Counted from the first letter of the stretch, positions 32,726 to 43,042 are shown. The stretch is 64,000 nucleotides of DNA from Deltaproteobacteria bacterium (GCA_033764095.1 JANRJF010000068.1:4199-68198), one strand, 5' to 3'. The notes: generated from the sequence alone by a model not told the origin. A program made the numbers and translations.

Positions 32726-34687
32726 ATGCGTCGGCGCATGCCGCGCCGCGCGCTCATCCCGCTGCTGCTGCTGCTGGCGCTGTTCGGCTGCGCGCGTGCG
32801 CCGCAGCCGGAAGCGGGACGGGTCATCGTACTCGGCCTCGACGGCGTCGATCCGGATGTCGTCGACATGCTGGTCGCCGAGGGCAAACTGCCGCACTTCG
32901 CCGAGCTACGCGCCGGCGGCGCGAGTGGACGATTGCGCAGCAGCAAGCCGCTGCTCAGCCCGATCCTGTGGACCACGATCGCCACCGGCAAGACACCCGA
33001 CCAGCACCGCATCGGACACTTCGTCGCGGTCAATCCGACCAGCGGTGAGCAGCTGCCGGTCACCAGCCAGATGCGCCGCGTCAAGGCGCTGTGGAACATC
33101 CTGTCCGATGCCGGCCGGCGTGTGGCAGTGGTCGGCTGGTGGGCGACCTGGCCGGCGGAGTCGGTGCGCGGCGTCATCGTCAGCGACCACACCTGTTACC
33201 ACTTCCTGTTCGACGAGGGTCTGCACGGCGGCGGCGAGTCGGCGGGCAGCGTCTTCCCGGCGTCGATGGCGGCACGTCTCGCGCCGCTGGTGAAGCGGCC
33301 GAGCGACCTGCGCGGCGAGGACCTCGCCCCGTTCGTGCACGTCGACGCCGTGGCGCTCGCCCGCCCGTTCGACTTCGACGATCCGCTCGGCCACTTCCGC
33401 TGGGCGCTGGCGACGGCGCAGACCTACACCGCCATCGCCGCCGAGCTGTGGAAGACCGAGCGGCCCGACCTGCTGATGAGCTACGTGGAAGCGACCGACT
33501 CGACCGCCCACCTGTTCGGGCATCTGTTCCGCGCCCGTGGACTGGTCGGCGAGCTGGCCGAGCAACAGCGCCAGTATGGCGACGCGGTCGAGGCGATGTA
33601 CGTCTACGCCGACCGGATGGTCGGCGATACGCTGCGCCTGCTCGACGACCGCACGACGCTGTTGGTGCTCTCCGACCACGGGTTCACGCTCGGGCAGTTG
33701 CCCGACGACCCGAGCGCGACGCGGGATATGCGCCGCGTCAGCGAGCGCCAGCATCGCGAGGAGGGCATCCTCTACCTCTACGGCCGCGCGGTGCGCGCTG
33801 GCGCGCGGCTCGCGGCGCCGACGCTCGTCGACATCGCCCCGACCGTGCTGGCGCTGAGCGGCGTCGCGCCGCCGCGCGACATGCCCGGCCGCGTGCTGAC
33901 CGATGGCCTCGATCTCGTCGACCCGCCGCGCATCCTGGCGAGCTACGAGGGCGCGGCGCCCGGCGCGACCGCGCGCGCCGAGGATGCGAGCGTCGATCCG
34001 GCGATCCTCGAGCGGCTGCGCAGCCTCGGCTACCTGGAAACCGAATCGCCCCAGGGTGATCGCAACCTTGCCGCGGTGCTCTTCCAGCAGGGGCGCTACG
34101 CGGAGGCGGCGACGGCGTTTCAGGCGCTGGTGGCGCGCAATCCCGACGACGGTGCGCTGCGCGCCAGCCTGGCTGGGGCGCTCGGGGCGCTCGGCCGCTA
34201 CGACGAGGCGCTCGCCGAGCTCGACCGCGCCATCGCGCTCGCGCCGCTCAACCCGGAGGGCTACCACAACCGCGGCGTGATCCATGAGCGGCGCGGCGCG
34301 CGTGATGCCGCCATCGCCGCCTACCGCCAGGCGCTGCGCTACAACCCGCGCTATGCGCCGGCGCGCGACGCGCTGGCGCGGCTCGGCGCTTCTGACGAGG
34401 CGCCGACGCCGGTCGCCGCGGCGGCGCAGATCGCGCTGCAGCTCGCCGAACAAGCGAGTGCGCTGGCGCGGCGCGGCGACTACGCCGCTGCGATGCGGGC
34501 GCTCGACGACGCCGCGCGCGCCGCACCGCAGGTCGCGCTGATCCAGCAGTACCGCGCCAACGTCGCCTTCCTGATGGGCGATCGCGCCGGCGCGGTCGCC
34601 GCGCTGCGCGAGGGGCTACGCCTCGAGCCCGACAACAAGCTGTTCCAGGAGAACCTCAAGCGCCTGATCGTGGAAGACGGGCGCTAG
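32726..34687 (+). CDS. Alkaline-phosphatase-superfamily (type I phosphodiesterase / nucleotide pyrophosphatase) lipoprotein with a C-terminal TPR domain
   Basis: Lipobox LLLLALFGCA. VIVLGLDGVDPD and LLSPILWTTIATG are AlkP-core metal-site motifs. C-terminal TPRs (AEAATAFQALVARNPDD..., AIAAYRQALRYNPRYAPA). Confidence 0.65.
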   Translation: MRRRMPRRALIPLLLLLALFGCARAPQPEAGRVIVLGLDGVDPDVVDMLVAEGKLPHFAELRAGGASGRLRSSKPLLSPILWTTIATGKTPDQHRIGHFVAVNPTSGEQLPVTSQMRRVKALWNILSDAGRRVAVVGWWATWPAESVRGVIVSDHTCYHFLFDEGLHGGGESAGSVFPASMAARLAPLVKRPSDLRGEDLAPFVHVDAVALARPFDFDDPLGHFRWALATAQTYTAIAAELWKTERPDLLMSYVEATDSTAHLFGHLFRARGLVGELAEQQRQYGDAVEAMYVYADRMVGDTLRLLDDRTTLLVLSDHGFTLGQLPDDPSATRDMRRVSERQHREEGILYLYGRAVRAGARLAAPTLVDIAPTVLALSGVAPPRDMPGRVLTDGLDLVDPPRILASYEGAAPGATARAEDASVDPAILERLRSLGYLETESPQGDRNLAAVLFQQGRYAEAATAFQALVARNPDDGALRASLAGALGALGRYDEALAELDRAIALAPLNPEGYHNRGVIHERRGARDAAIAAYRQALRYNPRYAPARDALARLGASDEAPTPVAAAAQIALQLAEQASALARRGDYAAAMRALDDAARAAPQVALIQQYRANVAFLMGDRAGAVAALREGLRLEPDNKLFQENLKRLIVEDGR

Positions 34688-35688
34688 TCGGCGACGCGCA
34701 GCACGCCGGCGCCCTCGAAGCCGTCGTACTTGAGCTGCTGGAGCGCCTGGTTCGCATCGGCGAGATCGAACGGCACGGTGCGTGGTCGGATCGGGATCTC
34801 CGCGGCGAGCCGCAGCAACTCGATGCCGTCCTGGCGGGTGTTGGCGGTGACGCTCTGCAGCGTGCGCTCCTGGAACAGGTGACGCTGGTAGTCGAGCGGC
34901 GGGATGGCGCTCAGGTGGATGCCGGCGAGCGCCAGTGTGCCGCCGCGGTCGAGTGCCGCCAGGGCAGGGAGGACGAGCTCGCCGGCCGGCGCGAACAACA
35001 CCGCGCTGTCGAGTGGCTCGGGCGGCGCGTCGGCCGCGGCCCCGGTCCACTCGGCGCCGAGCGACGCGGCGAGGCGGCGATGGCGTGCCTCACGGGTCAT
35101 GACGAAGACGCGGCAGCCGAGGTGGCGCGCGACCTGGATGGCGATGTGCGCCGAGGCGCCGAACCCGTAGAGGCCGACGCGCCCGCCGGGGCGCAGGTTG
35201 GCGCGGCGCAGGGCGCGGTAGCCGATGATGCCGGCGCACAGCAGCGGCGCGGCCTCGGCGTCGCCGATCGCGTCGGGGAGCACATAGGCGAAATCTTCGC
35301 GCACCAGCGCGTAGTCGGCGTAGCCGCCGTCCGCCGACCAACCGGTGAAGCTCGCCGCCGCGCAGAGGTTCTCGTCGCCGCGTTGACAGTACGCGCAGAC
35401 CCCGCAGGTCGAGCGCAGCCAGGCGATGCCGACGCGCTGGCCGGCGGCGAGGCGGGTGCAGCCGGGGCCGAGCGCGTCGACCACGCCGACCACCTGGTGA
35501 CCGGGCACGACGCGCGGGCGCTGCACCGCGAGGTCGCCCTCGACGACGTGCAGATCGGTGCGACAGATGCCGCAGACGTGCACCCGCACCCGCACCTCGC
35601 CGGCGCCGGGATCGGGCGGCGGTCGTTCGACCAGTTGCAGCGGCGCGGTGTCCACCGGCGCCGGTCGCTCGAGTTGCATGGCGCGCAT
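34684..35688 (-). CDS. Zinc-dependent alcohol dehydrogenase family protein (MDR superfamily)
   Basis: MRAMQLERPAP...VCGICRTDLHVVEGD..GHQVVGVV..CGVCAYCQRGDENLC (structural Zn Cys cluster)...GLYGFGASAH. Confidence 0.8.
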   Translation of the reverse strand: MRAMQLERPAPVDTAPLQLVERPPPDPGAGEVRVRVHVCGICRTDLHVVEGDLAVQRPRVVPGHQVVGVVDALGPGCTRLAAGQRVGIAWLRSTCGVCAYCQRGDENLCAAASFTGWSADGGYADYALVREDFAYVLPDAIGDAEAAPLLCAGIIGYRALRRANLRPGGRVGLYGFGASAHIAIQVARHLGCRVFVMTREARHRRLAASLGAEWTGAAADAPPEPLDSAVLFAPAGELVLPALAALDRGGTLALAGIHLSAIPPLDYQRHLFQERTLQSVTANTRQDGIELLRLAAEIPIRPRTVPFDLADANQALQQLKYDGFEGAGVLRVAD

Positions 35689-35782
35689 GACGGCATTGTG
35701 CGGCGCGCCGTCCCGTCGCCGCAAGCGCGATCCGGGTCGCGCACTTGCCGGTTGCGCGCCGACGCGGCAGCATCGCCGCCCG

Positions 35783-37579
35783 ATGGCGTCCCGAAAGCGC
35801 AGCGCGGCGCGTCCGCAGCCGGCCGCGGTCGCGCGCGCGACGCCGCCTCCGGCCGTGGCGCCGGCCGCACCCGCCGGCCGCACGGCGCTGCGGATCTTCT
35901 TCGCGCTCTTCGTGCTCTACGCGTGCAACGCCCGCATGCTGGCGCCGGGCGACAGCATTCCGACCCGGCGACTGCCATTCAGTCTGCTGCGCGAGGGCAA
36001 CCTCAACCTCGACGAATTCAGTTGGGAGATGAGTCCGAAGGGGCGACTGCCGTACTACGTCCATCCCGCCAATGGGCACGTCTACTCCGTGTCCACCTTC
36101 GCCACCGCGGTGGTGATCGCGCCGCTCTACGTGTTGCCGGCCTGGTGGCTGGCGCGTGCCGGCGTGCCGTACGACGACGTCCGGGCGCGCGTCGTCGAAG
36201 TGGTCATGGAGCACGTCTCCGCCGCGATGCTGGCGGCGCTCTCGGCGGCGTTGCTGTTTCTGCTGCTGGCGCGACTGACGACGCGCGGCTGGGCGCTAGC
36301 GCTGACGCTGCTCTACGCGCTCGGCACCTCGACCTGGTCGATCGCTAGTCAGGCGTTGTGGCCGCACGCCCTGTCCGAGCTGACGCTGGTGGGCCTGTGT
36401 CTGGGGCTACTCGCTCGCACCCCGACGCGCGCGCAACTGGTCGGTGCCGGTCTGATCGCGGCGCTGATGGTCGCCAATCGGCCGCAGATGCTCGCCTTCG
36501 CCGCGCTCGCCACCGGGTTCGTCGCGGTGCACCACCGCCGGCATCTGCTCGCCTTCGTCGCGCTGCCAACGCTGCTGGGGGTCGGTCTGGCGGCGTACAA
36601 TCGCGCCATCTTCGCCAGTCTGACCGGCGGCTACGGTGGGCTCGGTGTACTACGTGGCGCCCCGGGGCAGGGGCTGGCCGGGATGCTGTTCAGCCCCAAT
36701 CGCGGCCTGCTGGTCTACACGCCGATCATGGCCTTCGCGCTGTGGGGCGGCGTGCGGCTGTGGCGCGTCGCCGGCGTGCCGCCGTGGTTGCGGTGGTTGA
36801 GCGTCGGCGTGCTGGCGCACGTGCTCGTGCACGCCAGCTTCCGCGCCTGGTGGGGCGGCTACACCTATGGGCCGCGCTACTTCACCGACGTGCTGCCGGC
36901 GCTGACCATCTTTCTCGTCTACGGGCTGGTGCCGTACTGCCGCCAGCGCGCCGTGTTCGCGCTGGCGGTGGCGCTGGCGATGTGGGGCATCGGCGTGCAG
37001 GCGATCGGCGTCTACGCCGCCGACGACAGTTGGAATCGTACGCCGCAGACGCTGGGCCGGTCGCTGCAGCGGCTGTGGGATTGGAACGACCTGCAGATCG
37101 CGCGCGCCGCGCGCGACGGCTTTCGCGGTGGCGAGCTGGCAGCGGTGATGCTGGACGCCTTCACCGACTCCCAGGCGGCGCGGCTGGTGCCGCTCGAGCC
37201 GACCGACCTCGCCTCGACGATCGACGTGCCCGACCTTCCCGAGACGGTGCCGGCGGGGTCGCGGATGCGGCTGACGGCGCGAATCGTGAATGGCGGCGCG
37301 CAGGCCTGGCCGGCATTCAACGGCGAAGGCGTGATCAGCGCGCGCAACCTCGTCTATCTGATGGTGCGCTGGTTCGACGGCGAGCGCATGGTCGACGGCG
37401 ATGTGCTGCCGTTGCCGGAGAACCTCGCGCCGGGCGAGGCGCTGGACATGGCGCTGCCGCTGGCCGCGCCGAAGCAGCCGGGTATCTACACGCTGGAGGT
37501 GCGCGTCACCCAGGCGCTGGACGGGCGGCGCGGTGTGATCGGGCCTGACGCTTTGCGGCGCGAGATCCGCATCGAGTGA
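35783..37579 (+). CDS. Multi-pass integral membrane protein with C-terminal extracytoplasmic domain, GT-C-fold glycosyltransferase-like
   Basis: 598 aa with about 11 TM helices (W/L/A-rich), then an approximately 190-aa soluble domain. Start set at MASRKRSAARP. Divergent from the alcohol dehydrogenase gene. Confidence 0.5.
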   Translation: MASRKRSAARPQPAAVARATPPPAVAPAAPAGRTALRIFFALFVLYACNARMLAPGDSIPTRRLPFSLLREGNLNLDEFSWEMSPKGRLPYYVHPANGHVYSVSTFATAVVIAPLYVLPAWWLARAGVPYDDVRARVVEVVMEHVSAAMLAALSAALLFLLLARLTTRGWALALTLLYALGTSTWSIASQALWPHALSELTLVGLCLGLLARTPTRAQLVGAGLIAALMVANRPQMLAFAALATGFVAVHHRRHLLAFVALPTLLGVGLAAYNRAIFASLTGGYGGLGVLRGAPGQGLAGMLFSPNRGLLVYTPIMAFALWGGVRLWRVAGVPPWLRWLSVGVLAHVLVHASFRAWWGGYTYGPRYFTDVLPALTIFLVYGLVPYCRQRAVFALAVALAMWGIGVQAIGVYAADDSWNRTPQTLGRSLQRLWDWNDLQIARAARDGFRGGELAAVMLDAFTDSQAARLVPLEPTDLASTIDVPDLPETVPAGSRMRLTARIVNGGAQAWPAFNGEGVISARNLVYLMVRWFDGERMVDGDVLPLPENLAPGEALDMALPLAAPKQPGIYTLEVRVTQALDGRRGVIGPDALRREIRIE

Positions 37580-37582
37580 AGG

Positions 37583-38056
37583 TCAGTCGAAGCGCGTGAT
37601 GGCGCGCTCGAGGCAGGCTTTGATCTCGTCGCGGCAGGCGGCGAAGACCGATTCATCGCGGCCGGCCGGATCGTCGATGTCGCCCTCGATACCGGCGAAC
37701 GCCTTGAGGGTGTAGATCGGCTTGCCTTCCGCTTCCGGCCAGCCGGCGCGCAGCATACGGATCTGCTCGTCGGTCATCGCCAGGATGAGGTCCGCCTCGG
37801 CGATCAGGTGGCGGTTGCGCTTGAGGTCGGTGGCGACGCTGTCGGCGGGAATTTCGATGCCCTCGTCGCGCAGCACCAGGCGGGCGTCGAGCGAGACCAG
37901 CGCGCCGTCGCGGGCGAACGGCGCGATACCGCCGGAGAGCACCTGCCAGCGCTGGTCGAGCGCCCGCTCGCTCAGCATGCGGCGCAGCATCGCCATGGCG
38001 ATCTGGCTGCGGCTGGTGTTGGCGTGACAGATGAAGAGAACGGTGCGCGGCGACAC
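37583..38056 (-). CDS. Low-molecular-weight protein tyrosine phosphatase / ArsC-type arsenate reductase family
   Basis: VLFICHANTSRSQIAMAM is the CX5R P-loop (CHANTSRS). A DP motif lies near the C-terminus. Confidence 0.75.
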   Translation of the reverse strand: MSPRTVLFICHANTSRSQIAMAMLRRMLSERALDQRWQVLSGGIAPFARDGALVSLDARLVLRDEGIEIPADSVATDLKRNRHLIAEADLILAMTDEQIRMLRAGWPEAEGKPIYTLKAFAGIEGDIDDPAGRDESVFAACRDEIKACLERAITRFD

Positions 38057-38114
38057 GGGAAATGGAGGGGGCCGGCGACGTGCGCCGCCGGCCCCGGCAG
38101 GTGCGAAACAGCGC

Positions 38115-39062
38115 TCAGGCGCTCAGCGCCTCCATCATGATGGCGCTGATGTTCTCCTTGGCGGTGAGGCCCTTGGCGAGCTCGGCCTTGAGCTGCGCGC
38201 CGAGCTTGTCGGCCTCCCAGGTGGCGCGCTGCGACACCTTGCCGACCGAATGCCAGCCCTGCATCAGCCAGACCGTGCCGCCGCCGACGCGGAACACCTC
38301 GCCGTGCACGTCCTTGGCGTCGTCGCTCGACAGCCAGGCGACCAGCGGGGCGATGTTGCGCGGGTCGAAGACGTCGAACTTGCCCTCCTCGACCTGCTTG
38401 CCCATGAACGCCGCGGTCGACGGGGTCGCCTCGACCGTCAAGCGGGTGCGCGCCACCGGCGCGATCGCGTTGCAGCAGACGCCGTACTTCTGCATCTCGG
38501 CGTCCATCACGATCGCCATCAACGCCACCGCCGCCTTGGCGCCGCCGTAGTTCGACTGGCCGACGTTACCGAGCAGGCCGGCGTCGGACGAGGTGTTGAC
38601 GATGCGGCCATTGAGCACGTTGCCCTTCTTGTGCTCCTCGCGCCAGTACTCGCAGGCGTGCCGGCTCATGTTGAACGAGCCCTTCAGATGCACGCCGATC
38701 ACCGAGTCCCAGTCCTCCTCGCCCATGTTGAAGATCATGCGGTCGCGCAGGATGCCGGCGTTGTTCACCACGATATTGAGCTTGCCGAAGTTGTCGAGGG
38801 CGCACTCGACGATGCGCTTGGCGCCCTTGAAGTCGCTGACGCTCTCGCCGTTGGTGACCGCTTCGCCGCCGGCCTTCTTGATCTCCTCGACGACTTCCAG
38901 CGCCGGGTGCTTGTCGGCGGTGCCGGTGCCGTCGAAATGCGCGCCGAGGTCGTTGACGACCACCTTGGCGCCCAGCTTGGCCATCAGCAGCGCCTCTTCG
39001 CGACCGATGCCGCGGCCCGCGCCGGTGATGATCGCAACCTTCCCCTCGAGCAAACCTGCCAT
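38115..39062 (-). CDS. SDR family oxidoreductase (paralog of 11956-12780)
   Basis: MAGLLEGKVAIITGAGRGIGRE...VVVNDL...NNAG...YGGAK. N-terminal 40 residues closely parallel the other SDR. Confidence 0.8.
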   Translation of the reverse strand: MAGLLEGKVAIITGAGRGIGREEALLMAKLGAKVVVNDLGAHFDGTGTADKHPALEVVEEIKKAGGEAVTNGESVSDFKGAKRIVECALDNFGKLNIVVNNAGILRDRMIFNMGEEDWDSVIGVHLKGSFNMSRHACEYWREEHKKGNVLNGRIVNTSSDAGLLGNVGQSNYGGAKAAVALMAIVMDAEMQKYGVCCNAIAPVARTRLTVEATPSTAAFMGKQVEEGKFDVFDPRNIAPLVAWLSSDDAKDVHGEVFRVGGGTVWLMQGWHSVGKVSQRATWEADKLGAQLKAELAKGLTAKENISAIMMEALSA

Positions 39063-39174
39063 TTGTCCTCCTTGAAGCTAGCGTGTGCGTGGAGTGTGGT
39101 GTGACCGGCGGCGGCGCGGACGCGCCTGGATGGGCCGGAAACCGCGAATATGTGCGCCGAAAGGTCCGGCCAAG

Positions 39175-39723
<549 letters not shown>

Positions 39724-39741
39724 CGACGAGGACTTTTTTGG

Positions 39742-39770
39742 TTGATTTCACTCTGGGCCACTCATAGTAT
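39742..39770 (+). promoter_or_regulatory. Sigma-70-like promoter TTGATT-N17-TAGTAT upstream of the secreted-paralog genes
   Basis: Read directly. The -35/-10 hexamers with 17-nt spacing lie in an AT-rich 61-bp divergent spacer. Confidence 0.4.
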
Positions 39771-39784
39771 GCGGCCGGAATCCA

Positions 39785-40702
39785 ATGCGGCGGGTAGGAC
39801 TGATCAACACGTTGGCACTGGCCCTGATTGGGCTGGCACTGACGGGAACGGCACGAGCCGAGGCACCGCCGCAGCGTCTCCCCTCCGCAGTGCTGGTCTG
39901 GCCGCTGATCACCGTCGAGGGCGGCGGCTCGGTGACCGACACGCGCGTCGAGTTGGTCAACCTGTCGCCACGGCCGATCGAGGTGAAGTGCATCTACGTC
40001 TTCCAGACCTCGTGCGGCGGAATCGACTTCCATCTCTACCTGACGCCGAATCAGCCGGCGACCTGGCTGGCCAGCAAGGGCATGTTCAACGGGCTGACCG
40101 CGGTGCCACCGTTCTCGTCGAGTGGCGAGCTCAAGTGCATCGTGCAGCCCGATGAGCAGGGCGTCGATCGCCATAACGCCATTCAGGGCCGCGCCGCGGT
40201 GTTCGGTGCCGATGGACAGACGATCGGGTACAGCGCCGTCGGCTTCCTGCGCCTGACCGACGGGCCGCTCACCAACGTCATCGAGTTGGACGGCGACACG
40301 TACTCACAGTGCCCCGACGAGCAGCACTTCCTCTTCCTCGCCAGCGAGGCCAACCCGCTGACCGAGAGCGAGATCGTCCTGGCGCCGTGCACCGAGGACT
40401 TCGAAAATCGCATTCCCACCACGGTCACGGTGCAGTTCCTGATCATCAACGAGTTCGAACAGCAGCTGTCGGCGGCGACCACGGTCAACTGCTACACGCG
40501 CAAGACGCTGCGTCAGATCAGCCAGTCGTTCACCCGCGCGACGCTGGGATCGGAGACCGGCCATGTGATCGTGCGCGGCGTCCAGTCGCCGATCCTGGCG
40601 ATGGTGGTCGACCGCTTCCTGACGCCGGACATGGCGCGCGGCACGGCGGGCAACGAGCCGGCGCTGCGCGGCGGCCGCTCGGCGGAGATCCGCATCCCAT
40701 GA
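39785..40702 (+). CDS. Secreted Cys-containing protein of unrecognised family (paralog A)
   Basis: Signal peptide MRRVGLINTLALALIGLALTGTARA. About 45% identical to the next gene over about 280 aa, with conserved Cys, NEFEQ, IVRGV.SP and GGRS motifs. Confidence 0.6.
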   Translation: MRRVGLINTLALALIGLALTGTARAEAPPQRLPSAVLVWPLITVEGGGSVTDTRVELVNLSPRPIEVKCIYVFQTSCGGIDFHLYLTPNQPATWLASKGMFNGLTAVPPFSSSGELKCIVQPDEQGVDRHNAIQGRAAVFGADGQTIGYSAVGFLRLTDGPLTNVIELDGDTYSQCPDEQHFLFLASEANPLTESEIVLAPCTEDFENRIPTTVTVQFLIINEFEQQLSAATTVNCYTRKTLRQISQSFTRATLGSETGHVIVRGVQSPILAMVVDRFLTPDMARGTAGNEPALRGGRSAEIRIP

Positions 40703-41964
40703 AGCGGACTGCGTTGTTCGCGCTGCTGGCGCTGATGCTGGCGCAGCCGTCGATCGCGGCGCCGACCGCCGCCGTGGATTGGTCGACGGTGCTCAAGGCG
40801 CTGGGCGGCGCGCTCGACTCGTGGCGCATCTCGCCCTTCAGCAACGGCACGCCGACCGTCGGGCCGACGCGCACGCGCACCCCGATCGCCGGCACGGCGA
40901 CGCGCGGCCCGTCGAACACGCGCACGGCGACGCGCACGCGGACGCCGACCAATACGCGCCCGTTCACCTCGACCGCGACCCCGTCGCGGACCGCGACCGC
41001 GACGCGGCCGCCGACCGAAACCAAGACGCCGCGGCCGGCGACCAATACGCCGACGCCGCGGCCGACCTCGACGCCGGTGCCGACGCTGGCGAGCGACGGC
41101 CGCATCGCCTTCGCCGAGGCCGAAGGCATTCCGCCAGCGCAGAAGCTCGCCTCGGCGTTCATCGTGTTCCCCTACATCGTCTCCAGCGCGACGCAGGATA
41201 CCCGCATCGAGCTGATGAACATGTCGAACCGCGAGATCGAGCTGCAGTGCTTCTACGTCCGGCAGTCCGATTGCCTGGAGGTCGGCTTCTTCGTCCGCCT
41301 GACCGCCAATCAGCCGCTGTCCTGGCTGGCGTACGACGGGGCCAGCAATCCGGTCGTCTTTTCCGCCGTGCCGCCGTTCGACGGCGTCGGGGAGATGAAG
41401 TGCGCGGTGGCCGCCGATCGGCCGGAACTGAGCGCCCACAACGCGCTGCAGGGTCGCGCGCTGATCTACGAGAAGGCGACCGGCGAGACGGTCGGCTACG
41501 ACGCCATCGGCTTCCAGCGCCTGACGCCGGGAGGCTACAGCGGGGTCATCGACCTGGACGGCTTCACTTATGAAGAGTGTCCCGATCGCCTGCACTTCGC
41601 CGTGCTGTCGCGTCAGAGCGGCGGTCCGGTGAGCGAGCTGATCACGGTGCCGTGCGCCGAGGATCTGCTCACCCAGACGCCGACCCAGACGGTCGTGCAG
41701 ATGCAGATCGTCAACGAGTTCGAGCAGGTGTTTTCGTCGTCGTACAAGTTCAGCTGTATCACCAGCCAGCCGTTCTCGAAGTTCGGCACGCTGGGCAAGT
41801 CGACGCTCGGCACCGATGCCGCTCACCTGATCGTGCGGGGCGTCTCGTCGCCGCTGATCGGCCTCGTCATCGACCGCTTCTCGGGCCAGAACAACACGCT
41901 GCACACCACCGCCAACGAGCCGTTCCTCGAGGGCGGGCGGTCCTCCACCGTCATCTTCCCCTGA
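40699..41964 (+). CDS. Secreted Cys-containing protein of unrecognised family (paralog B) with Thr/Pro/Arg-rich low-complexity linker
   Basis: Signal peptide MKRTALFALLALMLAQPSIAAP, then a 70-aa TRTRTP/TPTPRP linker, then the domain homologous to paralog A. ATG overlaps the previous stop. Confidence 0.6.
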   Translation: MKRTALFALLALMLAQPSIAAPTAAVDWSTVLKALGGALDSWRISPFSNGTPTVGPTRTRTPIAGTATRGPSNTRTATRTRTPTNTRPFTSTATPSRTATATRPPTETKTPRPATNTPTPRPTSTPVPTLASDGRIAFAEAEGIPPAQKLASAFIVFPYIVSSATQDTRIELMNMSNREIELQCFYVRQSDCLEVGFFVRLTANQPLSWLAYDGASNPVVFSAVPPFDGVGEMKCAVAADRPELSAHNALQGRALIYEKATGETVGYDAIGFQRLTPGGYSGVIDLDGFTYEECPDRLHFAVLSRQSGGPVSELITVPCAEDLLTQTPTQTVVQMQIVNEFEQVFSSSYKFSCITSQPFSKFGTLGKSTLGTDAAHLIVRGVSSPLIGLVIDRFSGQNNTLHTTANEPFLEGGRSSTVIFP

Positions 41965-42062
41965 CCGGGAAGTGCCTCCGGCGGGGAGGCCGGCGGGGTG
42001 AAGATCGCCGTTGCCGGTTCCGGCGGCGCGCCTATAATCGCGCCGCATAGGAAGCCGACGGC

Positions 42063-42203
42063 GTGCGCGAGTTCTTCTACGGGCTGATTCTCGGGGCGAC
42101 GGCGATGTACCTGTTCGAGTACTTCGACGCGCCGGGTGTGCTCGCCTACCTGAACAGTGCCACCCAGTCGGCCGTGCAATCGACGCACGGCTACTCGCGC
42201 TGA
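42063..42203 (+). CDS. Possible small membrane protein (46 aa, GTG start)
   Basis: VREFFYGLILGATAMYLFEYFD... contains one TM helix. Preceded by AGGAAG and by a TATAAT (42033-42038) flanked by a GC palindrome. Not in the ORF track because it is under 60 aa. Confidence 0.3.
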   Translation: MREFFYGLILGATAMYLFEYFDAPGVLAYLNSATQSAVQSTHGYSR

Positions 42204-42226
42204 TCCGCGGCGGCGCTCGGCGGCGC

Positions 42227-43042
42227 TCAGTTGAGTGCCAGAACGCGGCGGCCGCAGCCGGAGCGCGCGGCCTCCTGCAGGCGCAGGCGGATCTCGTCGC
42301 GTTCCATGTGACCGCGCTGACGCAGTTTGCGCAGCGTCCGCGCGATGCACTGGACGTACTCGCGCTGGTTCTCCCACTCGGCGTCGGCCGTCGGCCCCTC
42401 GCACGGGCAGGCCTGCAGCAGCGCGCAGCCGTCACCCAGCACCAGCTCGTCGGGCGGGGTTTCGGCGCAGGCGTCGCACGCGTCGCCGATGCTGTCGGCG
42501 TCGGCATCGGCCTGGTCGTTGTTGGCGACCGCGGGGCAGTTGTCGGCCGCGTCGGCAACGCCATCGCCATCGCCGTCGGGGGACGCCGCCGGATCGGGGA
42601 TCGCCACCAGCGTCACCGCAAAGCCGCTCCGGATCCCTTTCGGCGAGCTCAGGTGGAGGCGGATCTCGTCGGTGCCGCTGTGTTGCCGGCGACCGCTGGT
42701 GAGCAGCAGCGGGACGCCGTTGACGCGCATGTCGAGCACCATCGTCAGTCCGGCGTCGCCCAGCCTCTGGATGAAGCCAGCGCCGCTCAACGTCAGGGTA
42801 TCGGTCGACCAGCGCACGCTGGTGACCGCCTCGACGGCGTACTCGACCCCGGGGAGGACGCTGAGCTCAAAGGAGCCGCGCAGCGGTTCGGTGCGGGTGG
42901 TCGCCGGGTCGCAGGTCGTGCAGTGCGTGGTCAGCCGGCTCTCACCGGTGAGCACGTAGCGGATGCTGTCGGCATGCGCCGGCCGCGCGGCGCACAGGGC
43001 GCCGGCGGCGAGCAACAGGCCCAGCGCACGACGCCAGGGCAT
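42227..43042 (-). CDS. Secreted protein with thrombospondin type 3-like calcium-binding repeats
   Basis: Signal peptide MPWRRALGLLLAAGALCAARPAHA. DGDGDGVADAADNCPAVANNDQADADADSIGDACDAC is a TSP3-type Dx(D/N)xDGxxDxxDNC repeat. Confidence 0.6.
   Translation of the reverse strand: MPWRRALGLLLAAGALCAARPAHADSIRYVLTGESRLTTHCTTCDPATTRTEPLRGSFELSVLPGVEYAVEAVTSVRWSTDTLTLSGAGFIQRLGDAGLTMVLDMRVNGVPLLLTSGRRQHSGTDEIRLHLSSPKGIRSGFAVTLVAIPDPAASPDGDGDGVADAADNCPAVANNDQADADADSIGDACDACAETPPDELVLGDGCALLQACPCEGPTADAEWENQREYVQCIARTLRKLRQRGHMERDEIRLRLQEAARSGCGRRVLALN

Noticed and set aside
34879-36348. 489-aa plus ORF and several minus ORFs (35090-36214, 35097-35978) across the ADH and membrane-protein genes
   Set aside because: They overlap the ADH gene (clear MDR motifs) and the multi-TM gene in other frames. 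Low-complexity translations.
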